A stretch of DNA of 64,000 nucleotides from Eubacteriales bacterium (GCA_045594705.1 JAZNZB010000020.1:4451-68450); one strand, 5' to 3'; shown: positions 35,356 through 45,666, counted from the stretch's first letter. Program-made: numbers and translations. The notes: generated by a model not told the origin, from the sequence alone.

Positions 35356-35474
35356 AGACGTTTCCTCCAAATCATAATGCGGTTGGGGGCTTCTATCTAT
35401 ACAGTCGGGAAAAATGTGTTTTCGTTCCGATTTTCGCCAAAAAAGGTTTGTTAATATTTTATGAACTGTTCGGA

Positions 35475-35846
35475 TCAGTCTCCGTACAGTCTGTCCAGGT
35501 CGTAGAATTCTCTTGCTTCGCGGCTGAACACGTGCACGATGACGTGGCTGTAATCCAGCACGATCCAGGAGTTGTTGCCTCTGCCCTCCACGGCCTCGGC
35601 CTTGATATCTCTCTCTTCCATCTTGAACTCCACCTCGCCTGCCAATGCCTTGACGTGCGTGGAGGAGGTGCCGTTTGCCAGCACGAAATAATCCGCGATG
35701 TCGGTCTTTTCCTTGATCTCTACGATCTTGATATCCTTGGCTCTGGTGTCCTCTAAAATCTCGGCAATGGCCTCTGCCAGCTGCAGAGGAGTTGCACCGA
35801 CCAGCGAGGGCTTCTTTGCATTTTCATTGTTCAGGATCTCTTCCAT
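35475..35846 (-). CDS. rsfS: Ribosomal silencing factor RsfS
   Basis: ...DYFVLANGTSSTHVKALAGEV...WIVLDYSHVIVHVFSREAREFYDLDRLYGD is typical of the RsfS/YbeB family. ATG at 35846 preferred over the upstream TTG. Confidence 0.85.
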   Translation of the reverse strand: MEEILNNENAKKPSLVGATPLQLAEAIAEILEDTRAKDIKIVEIKEKTDIADYFVLANGTSSTHVKALAGEVEFKMEERDIKAEAVEGRGNNSWIVLDYSHVIVHVFSREAREFYDLDRLYGD

Positions 35847-35871
35847 GTGTATATTCCTTTCAATTTTCGGT

Positions 35872-36510
35872 TTATTTTTCAATTCTCAGTTGCAAAATCA
35901 GACTGTTTCTTGCACAAAACGTGTCCGGGCTGACGGGTGCGCCGTCCTCCAAAAGCCCCGTGATGGTCATGTCAAACGACTGCACCAGCACGCGAGAAAG
36001 GTGCTCCCGGCGCGCGTCCTCAGGCATTTTTTCGGGCTCTGCATCCCAGAATGCATGACGCAAGGTGACGCAATCGGGGAAGGTGCGCGACTCGTCGATA
36101 TAGTCTGCAAGATACACGATCTGCTCGCAGAGCGTCATGCCTTCCCTGCCCGTGGTATGAAAGCGCACCGCCGAGATCACCTCGGGATCGGCAAACTCCG
36201 CATACTCCTCGGGGATGAGCAGCGCGGCCGTTTTTGCGTGCAGCGTCTTGGGGGCTGCCACGTCAAGCGCACTCACCTCTACGCCCTTCTCCTGCAAAAA
36301 TGCCACGTGGCGATCTGTCTTCCATTCCTTGGTCACATCGTGCAGCAGTGCCGCGACGCGCAGCATTTGCTCCTTCTCGGGGCAATAAAGTGCTGCCAAT
36401 CTTGCGGCCATTTGCTCAACGGCCAGCGTGTGCCGCGCGCGCTTTTCGGACATGTCCGCCGTGACGCGCTCGCGCAGCGTCAAAATTTCGCTTTGGTTGT
36501 ATTCTCTCAT
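35872..36510 (-). CDS. yqeK: HD-domain protein YqeK (bis(5'-nucleosyl)-tetraphosphatase family)
   Basis: HD motif LLHDVTKEW. Conserved nadD-yqeK-rsfS gene order. 4-nt overlap with nadD. Confidence 0.8.
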   Translation of the reverse strand: MREYNQSEILTLRERVTADMSEKRARHTLAVEQMAARLAALYCPEKEQMLRVAALLHDVTKEWKTDRHVAFLQEKGVEVSALDVAAPKTLHAKTAALLIPEEYAEFADPEVISAVRFHTTGREGMTLCEQIVYLADYIDESRTFPDCVTLRHAFWDAEPEKMPEDARREHLSRVLVQSFDMTITGLLEDGAPVSPDTFCARNSLILQLRIEK

Positions 36511-37109
36511 AAATATAGTCCGTTTTCCTTGATATATGCGGCAACGCGTTCGGGCACAAGGCCGTCAATGCTCTGCCCTGCACGGATGCGCTCTCTGACC
36601 TCGGTGGAGCTGACCTCGATGGGGTCGGACACGATCCTGCGCACCACCTTACCGTAGGTTTGGTTGTATTCTGCGATTCTTTGCACGATCTCCTCGTCCA
36701 GTGCCTTGTCGCTCTCGCGACGGATATAGACGGGATAGCACAGCTCGAAAATGCGCTCGGGCGAGCGCCATGAGCCAAGCGTCAGCATCATATCCGTGCC
36801 CAAAAGCAGAAACAGACGGCGATCCTCGCCGGAGAGTGCCTGCAGGGTGTCCACCGTAAAGCTTTTGCCCTCCCGTCTGATTTCCATATCGCTGACAATT
36901 ACGCCCTCCACGTCGGCAAACGCAAGCTCACACATGCGCAGTCTCTCGGCCGCCGTGACCTCACCGTCCATTGCCTTGTGCGGCGTCACGCCCGTGGGAA
37001 TGACGTACAAAACGTCCAGCCACATCTGCTCCATAAACGCCTTGGCGGCCGCTACGTGTCCTTGGTGCACGGGGGAAAACGTGCCTCCGTAAATCCCGAT
37101 ACGCAGCAT
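36507..37109 (-). CDS. nadD: Nicotinate-nucleotide adenylyltransferase
   Basis: Start refined to MLRIGIYGGTFSPVHQGHV (the GxFxPxHxGH nucleotidyltransferase motif). Confidence 0.9.
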   Translation of the reverse strand: MLRIGIYGGTFSPVHQGHVAAAKAFMEQMWLDVLYVIPTGVTPHKAMDGEVTAAERLRMCELAFADVEGVIVSDMEIRREGKSFTVDTLQALSGEDRRLFLLLGTDMMLTLGSWRSPERIFELCYPVYIRRESDKALDEEIVQRIAEYNQTYGKVVRRIVSDPIEVSSTEVRERIRAGQSIDGLVPERVAAYIKENGLYL

Positions 37110-37111
37110 AC

Positions 37112-37405
37112 TTAAGGAAGCTCGATGCGATTCTTCTTTTTCTCGGAGCGACGGTACAGAATGATCTTTTTGCCGATCACACCGCAAACCTCGGCTCCCA
37201 GCTCCTCGCCAAGCGCATCTGCCAGGTCGCGAGGGGTATATTCACAGTTATCCAGAACGCCCAGCTTGATCAGCTCGCGGGCTTCAAGCGCGTCCGAAAA
37301 GGTCTTGATCATATTTTCGCTAAGGCCGTTTTTTCCGATCTGCATAATGGTAGGCAGGTCGGTTGCCAGACTGCGAAGATATGCTCTTTGCTTACTTGTA
37401 ATCAT
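37112..37405 (-). CDS. yhbY: RNA-binding ribosome assembly protein YhbY (CRS1/YhbY domain)
   Basis: 97 aa. LTSKQRAYLRSLA...IGKNG...ELIK pattern. Confidence 0.85.
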   Translation of the reverse strand: MITSKQRAYLRSLATDLPTIMQIGKNGLSENMIKTFSDALEARELIKLGVLDNCEYTPRDLADALGEELGAEVCGVIGKKIILYRRSEKKKNRIELP

Positions 37406-37408
37406 ATC

Positions 37409-38014
37409 TTATTGTTCTCCGTTTTCTCGCTGCACCAGAAATTCCACCAGCAGCTGCATAGCCTTACCGCGGTGACTGATGCTGTTTTTCTCCTCTGCCG
37501 TCATCTCGGCATAGGTTTTCTCCATGGGCGGGTAGTAGAATAGCGGATCGTAGCCAAAGCCGCCCTCGCCCTTGTATTCGTGTGTGATCTCACCCTCGGT
37601 TCTGCCCTCAAAATAGTAGCCCTTGGAAAGATCCTCGGGGAAAACGCAGGCGATGCAGCAAACGAATGCGCCGCTTCTGTCCTGCTTATCCGCCAGATTC
37701 TTGAGCAGCAGCTGATTGTTTGCCTCGTCGTCTCCGTGCTCACCGCTGTAACGCGCACTGTAAATGCCCGGAGCGCGGTCCAGCGCGTACACCTCAAGAC
37801 CGGAATCGTCGCCCACGCCGATATATCCGCTCTTAGCAGCAGCGTGCGCCTTGATAAACGCGTTCTCGGCAAAGGTGCTGCCGTCCTCCTCGATCTCGTC
37901 GGTCAACCCAACGTCGTCAAGAGACAAAATTTCTGCGTCAAGCTCTGCTGCGGCGAGAATTTCGCGCAGCTCCTTGATCTTCTTTTTGTTGTGTGATGCA
38001 AGTACGATCTTCAT
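37409..38014 (-). CDS. rdgB: XTP/dITP diphosphatase (Ham1/RdgB family)
   Basis: MKIVLASHNKKKIKELREIL N-terminus and GFGYDPLF motif. Confidence 0.9.
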   Translation of the reverse strand: MKIVLASHNKKKIKELREILAAAELDAEILSLDDVGLTDEIEEDGSTFAENAFIKAHAAAKSGYIGVGDDSGLEVYALDRAPGIYSARYSGEHGDDEANNQLLLKNLADKQDRSGAFVCCIACVFPEDLSKGYYFEGRTEGEITHEYKGEGGFGYDPLFYYPPMEKTYAEMTAEEKNSISHRGKAMQLLVEFLVQRENGEQ

Positions 38015-38017
38015 AAA

Positions 38018-38926
38018 TTACTGTTCAAAAAGTGCCCTGATAAAGTCGGCAGCTACAAATTCCTGCATGTCGTCGATCTTTTCGCCCACGCCGATAAACT
38101 TAACGGGAATGCCCAGCTCTCGCTTGATCGAGAGCACGATGCCGCCCTTGGCGGTGCCGTCCAGCTTGTTGAGCGTCAGGCCCGTGATGTTGGCAGCCTT
38201 GCCGAATTCCTTGGCCTGGATGATAGCGTTCTGACCCGTGGTTGCATCCAGCACCAACAAATTTTCTCTTGCCGCGCCGGGCAGCTCACGGTCAATGACA
38301 CGATTGATCTTGGCAAGCTCGTTCATCAGATTGGTCTTGTTGTGCAATCTGCCTGCGGTGTCAATGATCAGCACGTCAGCCTGCTTTTTCTTTGCATAAT
38401 TGATGGCGTCGAACACCACGGCCGCGGGGTCGCTGCCCTCGTTCTGACGTACCATTTCCACGCCCGCACGGTCACACCACACCTGCAGCTGGTCGATCGC
38501 AGCCGCACGGAAGGTATCCGCAGCCGCAACCACGACCTTTTTGCCCTCGGCACGCAGGCGGTTGGAGATCTTGCCGATCGAGGTGGTCTTGCCCGCACCG
38601 TTGACGCCGATCACCAGCACGACCGACGGGGTGGTGGAGAGGTTGAGCGGGCCGCCCTCTCCGATCATATCTGTCAGCAGCTCCTGCAAAGAGCGCATCA
38701 CATCTTCTTTTTCCTTGATTCTGCCGTCCTTGATGCGCTCACGGAGCTCATCAATGATCTCCTCTGTCGCACCGACGCCGACGTCCGCCTCAATCAGAAG
38801 CTCCTCCAGCTCGTCCAGCAGATCCTCGTCCACGCGGACGAAGTTTGAAAGCACGTTATGGACCTTGCCGAACAGTGCGTCCTTGGTCTTTTTGAGTCCG
38901 GCCTTGAGTTTATCCAAAAATGCCAT
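38018..38926 (-). CDS. ftsY: Signal recognition particle receptor FtsY
   Basis: Start refined to MAFLDKLKAGLKKTKD (GGAG upstream). SRP GTPase motifs GVNGAGKTTSIGK, DTAGR and TKLDG-like LNKLDGTAKGG. Confidence 0.9.
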   Translation of the reverse strand: MAFLDKLKAGLKKTKDALFGKVHNVLSNFVRVDEDLLDELEELLIEADVGVGATEEIIDELRERIKDGRIKEKEDVMRSLQELLTDMIGEGGPLNLSTTPSVVLVIGVNGAGKTTSIGKISNRLRAEGKKVVVAAADTFRAAAIDQLQVWCDRAGVEMVRQNEGSDPAAVVFDAINYAKKKQADVLIIDTAGRLHNKTNLMNELAKINRVIDRELPGAARENLLVLDATTGQNAIIQAKEFGKAANITGLTLNKLDGTAKGGIVLSIKRELGIPVKFIGVGEKIDDMQEFVAADFIRALFEQ

Positions 38927-41900
38927 CCCAGTTACTCTCCTTTTGTTTTTCGATATCGTTGACATCCAGCGTCAGTACCTTGGAAATGCCGTGCTCGGGC
39001 ATGGTGACGCCGTACAGTCTGGTTGCCGCAGCCATGGTACCGCGACGGTGCGTGATCATGATGAACTGCGTGCCGACGGTGTACTTCTTGATGTACTGCG
39101 CAAGTCTTTCTACGTTGACCTCGTCAAGTGCCGCCTCGCTCTCGTCCAGAATACAGAACGGCGTGGGATTGACCTTGAGGATCGCAAAGAACAGTGCAAC
39201 GCCGATAAAGGCCTGCTCGCCGCCCGAAAGCTGCATCAGATTCTTGATGATCTTTCCGGGAGGTGCCGCCTTGATCTCAATGCCCGACTCCAAAATATTT
39301 TCGGGATCGGACAAAGACAGCTCGGCAGAGCCGCCGCCGAACAGCTCGGCAAACACTCGGCCAAAGTTTTCGTTGATCTGATTGAAGGACTCGACAAAGA
39401 CTGCCTTCATCTCGGCCTCCAGCTCGGCAATGATCTTAAGTGTCTCGGCTCTGGATTTTTCCAGATCCGTGATCTGCTCGTTCATCTCATCGTATCTCTT
39501 CTTGACGTCTTGGTATTTTTCCACCGCTCCCAGGTCCACATGACCGATCGCACGCAGCTTGTTACGGCATTCGGTCTGCAGAGCCACCATTTCGCGGCGG
39601 GTTTCGGGCGTGATGGCGGGATAGCCCAGCGCAATCGCATCGGCTCTGGTCATCTCGTAATCATCCCACAGCTTGCTTGAAAGCTTATCCAGCTCGTCGC
39701 GCAAGTTCGCAAGCTTGTTTTCGCACTTGGTATACTCGCGGAAAATGATCTCCTTCTGATTCATCTTCTCACGCATGCGGTTATTCATTTCATTGAGCTT
39801 CTTTTCAAAGTCCATGGTGTCGCTTTCAATGCCGGCACGCTTGGCGTTCAGCTCTTGCAATTTTTCCTGACCCGCTGCATATTTTTGTCTGTTATCCGCC
39901 TGGAATACCGTGTATCCCTCGATCATGTCCTCAAGCGAAATGATTCTCTCGCGAGAGGCGCGGATCTCCTCGGCATACATATCCACGCGCGTGCGGCAAA
40001 CGCCCAGCAGCGTGTGCTCGGTCTCGGTATCCTTGGCGGTCTCGCTGATCTTGATGATCACGGCTGTCATGCGATCGTTGAGATCTGCCACGTGATCCTC
40101 AAGGTCAAGCCGCTGCTCGTCCTTTTTCTGACGCAGCGCGGTGATCTCCTTGACCATGTTCGCGGCACTGCGCTCATCCGCCTGCAGCACAGCCAGATCT
40201 TCCTCGTATCTCTCGCTCATGGCGATGATCTGCTCGTAGTCCGCACGCATTTTTTCAAGCAGCGTATTGTTGGCGTCCATTTTGGCGTTGATCTGCTCCA
40301 GCTGTGCGCTCTCGGTGCTCATCAGCACGCCCAAAAGCTCACGGCGATCCTCGCAAGAGGCCTTGTCGTCGGTCGTGTCGCCAATGTCCTGCTTAAGACT
40401 GTCGATCTGCTTTTGCAGCTTGTCGATCTCCTTCTGGCAAGCAGTGGCAGTCTCCTCCAGCTTTTTGATCTCGGCTGCTCTGCCCAGAACACCCGAGCCT
40501 TGTCTGACCGATCCGCCCGTAAACGAACCGCCCATATTGATCTGCTGACCGTCCAAGGTGACTACGCGCACACGGTATTTCAGTGCCTTGGCCATGGCGG
40601 TTGCATTGTCGATGGTATCAAAGATCAGCGTTCTGCCGATCAGCGAGGATACCACGCCGCGGAATTTTTCGTCACAATCCAGCAAGGTATCCGCCACGGC
40701 AATATAGCCGCGGTATCCGGATGCATCGCGCATCTCGGGCGTGGGGGTAGACGCGCGCATGGAGGTCAGGGGGAAGAAGGTGGCTCTGCCCGCCTCGCCC
40801 TTTTTGAGCGCGTACATAGCTGCTTTTGCGGTCTCCTCGTCGTCCACCACGATATGCTGCAGGTTTGCTCCCAGCGCGGTCTCAATGGCGGTCACGTATT
40901 TTTCGTCAACCGACACCACCTTGGAAAGCGGACCGTAGATCTTGCCGCAGGGTGCACCGCCATACGCAGTGATCTTACCCTCGGCATAGCGGTTCATGAC
41001 GTATCTGACGCTGTTGGCATAGCCCTCAAAGCTTTCTTCCATGTGCTTGAAGGTCTGAATTCTCTGACGCGCGGAATCACGGCGCAGAATGCCTGCACTG
41101 AGCTGCTCGGAAAGCTCTCCGTAGGAGCTGTTGAGTGCGGTCAGCTTTTTATTATATTCCTCGATCTCGGCGTTTGCCTCGTCGATAGCCTTCTGATAAT
41201 CTGCGATGGTTTTCTGCTTGTCGGCACTCTGCTTTGCCAGTGCCTCGAGCGCACGCTCGTAGGTCTCCATGTCGGCAAGAATGTCGCTGTTGCGGTCGCT
41301 GCCGCTGTTCTTGGCGTTTTCCAGCACCGAGATGCGCACGCGGATATCGGTCGCCTCGGCCTCAGCCTCGCGGATATCCGAAAGTGCGGTGGCAATATCT
41401 GCCTCCAGCACCGCGATCCTGGCTCTGGTGGTACGGATCTCATCCGCAATATCGGCCTGTTCCTTTTCAAGCTTGGCATTCTGCTCACCAAGTGCAAGAA
41501 TGCGCGCGGAGTGCTCACCGCAGGCGGCCTGCTCGTCTGCCATGTTCTTTTGAGAAAGTACCATGGAGGAAGAGGTTGCCTCGATCAGCTCCTTGGTGTG
41601 CGCAATATTGCTCTCGGTCACGCGGAATTCGCTGTCCAAGGTGTGGTTCTCCTGCGTCTGCTCACGAATCTGCGTCAGCAGCTGCTCGGATGCCATCTTA
41701 TTGGACTGGGAAGCCTCAAACAAGCGGTCGTTCTGCTTTTCCATCGCCTGCAGAGATTCCTCTGCCGTTTGCAGATCGAACGCAGAATGCTTGAGCGCAT
41801 CCTCTGCCACGCCGATCTCGTTGCGAAAACGCTCGGTATCATACAGCCACAGGCTGACATCCGCACGCTTTTTGGAGTCCATGAGCTCAATGGCACGCTT

Positions 41901-42563
41901 GGCCTTACCCGCTTCCTTTTCCAGAGGGCCGACCTGTGCCTGCACCTCGGAAAATACGTCCATGATACGAACCATATTTTCCTCAGCCTTGGCCAGCTTT
42001 CTCTCCGCCTCGTTTTTCTTATGGCGGTACTTGGCAATACCCGAGGCGTCCTCAAAGGTGCTGCGTCGCTCGTCACTCTTACGGGATACCATTTCGGCAA
42101 TACGACCCTGACCGATGATGGAATAACCGTCTCGGCCAATACCCGTATTCATGAAAAGCTCGTAAATATCGCGCAGTCTGACCGCACGGCGGTTGATAAA
42201 ATATTCACTCTCACCCTGACGGAAATAACGTCTTGTGACAGTTACCTCGTCGTAGGGGCAGTCCAATCGTGCAAAGTCCCCCGTGTTGTCAAAGGTCACC
42301 GATACCTCGGCATAGCCCATGGGACGACGGCTGTCCGCACCGCCGAAAATGACGTCCTCCATCTTGGTACCGCGCAGGGATTTGGACGAGATCTCGCCCA
42401 GTACCCAACGCATTGCGTCCGCAATGTTGGACTTGCCGCTTCCGTTGGGGCCGACGATGACGGTCACGCCCGCCTGCTCGCCCACCAGGCCGTTGTCAAA
42501 GACCAGCTTGGTTCTGTCCGGGAAGGACTTAAAGCCTTGCAATTCAATCGATTTTAAGTACAA
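38910..42563 (-). CDS. smc: Chromosome segregation protein SMC
   Basis: 1217 aa. N-terminal Walker A GPNGSGKSNI, long coiled coils, a hinge, and C-terminal LSGGE and Walker B ILDESEAALD. Confidence 0.95.
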   Translation of the reverse strand: MYLKSIELQGFKSFPDRTKLVFDNGLVGEQAGVTVIVGPNGSGKSNIADAMRWVLGEISSKSLRGTKMEDVIFGGADSRRPMGYAEVSVTFDNTGDFARLDCPYDEVTVTRRYFRQGESEYFINRRAVRLRDIYELFMNTGIGRDGYSIIGQGRIAEMVSRKSDERRSTFEDASGIAKYRHKKNEAERKLAKAEENMVRIMDVFSEVQAQVGPLEKEAGKAKRAIELMDSKKRADVSLWLYDTERFRNEIGVAEDALKHSAFDLQTAEESLQAMEKQNDRLFEASQSNKMASEQLLTQIREQTQENHTLDSEFRVTESNIAHTKELIEATSSSMVLSQKNMADEQAACGEHSARILALGEQNAKLEKEQADIADEIRTTRARIAVLEADIATALSDIREAEAEATDIRVRISVLENAKNSGSDRNSDILADMETYERALEALAKQSADKQKTIADYQKAIDEANAEIEEYNKKLTALNSSYGELSEQLSAGILRRDSARQRIQTFKHMEESFEGYANSVRYVMNRYAEGKITAYGGAPCGKIYGPLSKVVSVDEKYVTAIETALGANLQHIVVDDEETAKAAMYALKKGEAGRATFFPLTSMRASTPTPEMRDASGYRGYIAVADTLLDCDEKFRGVVSSLIGRTLIFDTIDNATAMAKALKYRVRVVTLDGQQINMGGSFTGGSVRQGSGVLGRAAEIKKLEETATACQKEIDKLQKQIDSLKQDIGDTTDDKASCEDRRELLGVLMSTESAQLEQINAKMDANNTLLEKMRADYEQIIAMSERYEEDLAVLQADERSAANMVKEITALRQKKDEQRLDLEDHVADLNDRMTAVIIKISETAKDTETEHTLLGVCRTRVDMYAEEIRASRERIISLEDMIEGYTVFQADNRQKYAAGQEKLQELNAKRAGIESDTMDFEKKLNEMNNRMREKMNQKEIIFREYTKCENKLANLRDELDKLSSKLWDDYEMTRADAIALGYPAITPETRREMVALQTECRNKLRAIGHVDLGAVEKYQDVKKRYDEMNEQITDLEKSRAETLKIIAELEAEMKAVFVESFNQINENFGRVFAELFGGGSAELSLSDPENILESGIEIKAAPPGKIIKNLMQLSGGEQAFIGVALFFAILKVNPTPFCILDESEAALDEVNVERLAQYIKKYTVGTQFIMITHRRGTMAAATRLYGVTMPEHGISKVLTLDVNDIEKQKESNWDGIFG

Positions 42564-43582
42564 TGTTCCGTCTCCTTTTCTTGTAATGTCGGAACGGTAC
42601 AGTCCGCAGCCACAAGGCGCAGCCCCTGTCCGAATTCCGCTCGGAGTCGCAAAAGATTCTGCCTGTGCTGACCGATCGCAACCGACAGCTCACGGGCAGG
42701 AATATATATTGTCTGCACGGCTGCGTCTGCGCCCGGCAGCAATTCTCTGAGTTTTTGGTAGTAAAGCTCACCGCGCACCATCTCTCCAATAGCGGGATGA
42801 TTTGCGCCCGCAACGGCACACGCGGGATCGGACAAATTGTCCGAGGCACAAAGACCGATGCGGATCACGGGCACGCTGTTCGCTTCAAAGACGCGCAGCA
42901 CCGCAGCACTGCGACACACCGCCTGCTCGGCAGAAAGCGGCGTATACGCCCCGCTCCGCATCATCGCGCACAATTCGGTGTCGGCAAAGACTACCGTGGG
43001 ATAGATACGTGCACCGCGCACGCCAAGCTCGCACAGTGCCCTCGCCGTTTGTACCTCGCTCTCTTCGGTGCTGCCCGGCAGACCGATCATCATCTGCCCG
43101 ACCACGTCATAGCCCGCATCCGACAGCATACGGCAAGCCTTTGCTGCGCTCTCTGCGTCATGTCCGCGCCCCGAGGCTGCAAGCACCGCGTCTTCCATGC
43201 TCTGCACGCCAAGCTCGACCGTACGCACACTGTAACGCGCAAGAATTTCCATGATCTCCTCTGAGATATAGTCGGGTCTTGTGGACATGCGAATGCCCAC
43301 CACGCGCGCCTTGCCCGCAAGAGGCTCTTGCACATACCGCTCAGCCACGTCCAGAAGATAGACCATCAGATCGTGATCTATGCCTGTAAACGACCCACCG
43401 AAATAGGCAATCTCGGCCGTATCGTTCTCGCATGTCGTGGCAAGAGCGGCCGTGATCTGCGCGTCCACACCTGCAGGATCAAAGCTCTGTGCACCCGAAA
43501 TACTGCGCTGATTGCAAAATACGCAGGTATGCGGGCAGCCGAGATGCGGGATGAAGATCGGGATATTTAAGTGTCGGCTCAT
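42554..43582 (-). CDS. Radical SAM protein (ELP3/HemN-like core)
   Basis: CPHTCVFCNQ CxxxCxxC cluster near the N-terminus. Conserved position between rnc and smc. Overlaps both neighbours. Confidence 0.8.
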   Translation of the reverse strand: MSRHLNIPIFIPHLGCPHTCVFCNQRSISGAQSFDPAGVDAQITAALATTCENDTAEIAYFGGSFTGIDHDLMVYLLDVAERYVQEPLAGKARVVGIRMSTRPDYISEEIMEILARYSVRTVELGVQSMEDAVLAASGRGHDAESAAKACRMLSDAGYDVVGQMMIGLPGSTEESEVQTARALCELGVRGARIYPTVVFADTELCAMMRSGAYTPLSAEQAVCRSAAVLRVFEANSVPVIRIGLCASDNLSDPACAVAGANHPAIGEMVRGELYYQKLRELLPGADAAVQTIYIPARELSVAIGQHRQNLLRLRAEFGQGLRLVAADCTVPTLQEKETEHCT

Positions 43583-44310
43583 GGCTGTACGCCAAACAGC
43601 TCCAGTGCCTGACGCGCGGCGCTTTGCTCCGCACGGCGCTTGGACTGGCCTTGGCCGCGGCCGATCACGTTGGAATTGAGCCGTGCCTCGACCGTAAAGG
43701 TCTTTTGGTGATCGGGGCCACTCTCGCCAACCGTAACGTATTCCAAAAAGTCGCCCTCAGTCTGTTGCACAAACTGCTGAAGCAGCGTTTTATAGTCTCG
43801 GCTGCCTGCATTGCCGGCATTGGCGATTTCTCTTTGAATAAAGGGCAAAAGCAGCTCGTTCACGCAAGCAAAGCCGCGCTCTCCCGCGTCCAGATAGATC
43901 GCGGCCAGCAGGGCCTCAAAGGCATCAGCAAGGATGGACCTGCGCTCTCTGCCGCGGTTCTTTTCCTCGCCCACACCCAAAAGCAGGTAATCACCAAGAT
44001 GAATTTCATCGGCATATGAAGAAAGCGCACGCTCACAAACAAGCTCTGCGCGCATACGCGTCAGTTCACCCTCGGCGAGATCGGAATAAACAGAATACAG
44101 ATAGCGGCTGACCACCAGCGAAAGCACCGAATCGCCCAAAAATTCCAGACGCTCGTTGCAAAGCAGGTGATGATGCTTGTCCCCTTGCTCATTGGAATAT
44201 GAGGAATGCGTCAGTGCTCTTTGCAGATATTGGGGATTTGTAAAACGGTATCCCAACGACTCTTCCAGCTGTATATAGGGTCTGGGATAGCTGTTCACAG
44301 GGTTGTTCAT
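43579..44310 (-). CDS. rnc: Ribonuclease III
   Basis: NERLEFLGDSVL catalytic signature plus a C-terminal dsRBD. Confidence 0.9.
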   Translation of the reverse strand: MNNPVNSYPRPYIQLEESLGYRFTNPQYLQRALTHSSYSNEQGDKHHHLLCNERLEFLGDSVLSLVVSRYLYSVYSDLAEGELTRMRAELVCERALSSYADEIHLGDYLLLGVGEEKNRGRERRSILADAFEALLAAIYLDAGERGFACVNELLLPFIQREIANAGNAGSRDYKTLLQQFVQQTEGDFLEYVTVGESGPDHQKTFTVEARLNSNVIGRGQGQSKRRAEQSAARQALELFGVQP

Positions 44311-44334
44311 AGGGGTCCTTTCCCTGCCGCGGGA

Positions 44335-45666
44335 TCACTGATTGATCTCGGGCAGTAATTCTTGGATGGTAGCCATGGCAGTCTCAGCGATCACCGCATT
44401 TCTGGCTGCTTTGCCACCCTTGACCTTTTTCTCGGGCATCTGAATGATGCCGAAGTTGGCGTTCATGGGCACAAACGAGCCCACGCTGCCGTTCTGCACG
44501 TAAAGTGCCATTGCTCCCGTCATAGTAGTTCTGGGCAGCATGAGCGGTTGCATGCCTCTTGCGCGTCTTGATGCGTTGATACCCGCAACAAGTCCGGAGG
44601 CAGCTGATTCCACGTAGCCCTCCACGCCGGTCATCTGCCCCGCGAAATACACGTTGGGGTGGGACAGCATGGAATAATCTGCACAAAGCAGGCCGGGAGA
44701 ATTCAGATATGTATTACGGTGCATGACACCGTAGCGCAAGAATTCCGCATTTTCAAGTCCGGGGATCAGGCGGAACACGCGACGCTGCTCCGGGAAGGTC
44801 AGGTGCGTCTGGAAGCCCACCAGGTTATACATGGTGCCCTCCTTGTTCTCCTTGCGCAGCTGCACCACCGCAAAGGATTCCTTTCCTACGCGCGGGTCGA
44901 TCAGACCCACGGGCTTGAGAGGCCCGTAGCGCAGTGTATCATAGCCGCGGCGCGCCATGACCTCTACGGGCATGCAGCCCTCAAACACCGTCAGATCCTT
45001 CTGGGTCTCGCGGTCAAATTCCTTGAGTGCCGCCTCCTCTGCCGAGACAAGCGCTCTATAAAAGGCGTCGTATTGCTCGCGCGTCATGGGGCAGTTGATA
45101 TAGTCCGCGTCTCCCTTGTCATAGCGGGAGGCAAAAAACGCAATATCCATATTGATGCTTTCCGCATCCACGATGGGTGCGGCTGCGTCAAAGAAGTGCA
45201 ATCCGCCGCAGCCAAGCTCATCACGAATATAGGCGGCCATAAGATCACTGGTCAAAGGTCCCGTGGCAATGACCGTCACACCGTCGTCGGGCAAGCAATC
45301 GCACTCAGCCTCGATCACCTCAATATTCGGGTGATTACGGATATGATCGGTAATGTACTCGGAAAACAGCACTCTGTCCACGGCCAGTGCCGAGCCTGCG
45401 GGCACGCGCGTCGCGTCCGCTGCCTGCATGATCAGCGAATTCATGGCGCGCATCTCCTCTTTGAGCAGGCCGACTGCATTGGACGTTGCATCCGAGCGCA
45501 ACGAGTTGGAGCAGACCAGCTCGCCAAAGGTGGGCGCATGGTGCGCGGGGGTGTACTTGATCGGCTTCATCTCATAGAGCCTGACCCTGACTCCGCGCTC
45601 GGCAGCCTGCCATGCAGCCTCACTGCCTGCAAGTCCTGCACCGAGGATCGAAATATATTCTGCCAT
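44335..45666 (-). CDS. trmFO: Methylenetetrahydrofolate--tRNA-(uracil-5-)-methyltransferase TrmFO
   Basis: FAD-binding ILGAGLAGSEAAWQ N-terminus. 443 aa. topA-trmFO adjacency is typical of Firmicutes. The ATG overlaps the topA stop by 1 nt. Confidence 0.9.
   Translation of the reverse strand: MAEYISILGAGLAGSEAAWQAAERGVRVRLYEMKPIKYTPAHHAPTFGELVCSNSLRSDATSNAVGLLKEEMRAMNSLIMQAADATRVPAGSALAVDRVLFSEYITDHIRNHPNIEVIEAECDCLPDDGVTVIATGPLTSDLMAAYIRDELGCGGLHFFDAAAPIVDAESINMDIAFFASRYDKGDADYINCPMTREQYDAFYRALVSAEEAALKEFDRETQKDLTVFEGCMPVEVMARRGYDTLRYGPLKPVGLIDPRVGKESFAVVQLRKENKEGTMYNLVGFQTHLTFPEQRRVFRLIPGLENAEFLRYGVMHRNTYLNSPGLLCADYSMLSHPNVYFAGQMTGVEGYVESAASGLVAGINASRRARGMQPLMLPRTTMTGAMALYVQNGSVGSFVPMNANFGIIQMPEKKVKGGKAARNAVIAETAMATIQELLPEINQ

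Noticed and set aside
38910-38965. A 56-nt overlap between the ftsY track ORF and the smc 3' end, suggesting a frameshift or fusion.
   Set aside because: The ftsY start refined to the ATG at 38926, which has a GGAG RBS, reduces the overlap to 17 nt. That is ordinary translational coupling.
39855-42557. A 900-aa ORF antisense to smc. Similar long antisense ORFs occur at 264..1136, 22425..24200, 24553..25863, 26196..27635, 27783..29141, 30672..32207 and 54803..56197.
   Set aside because: These are shadow ORFs typical of high-GC coding DNA. Their translations are low complexity (rich in Arg, Gly, Val, His), they lack RBSs, and the opposite strand encodes clearly recognisable proteins.
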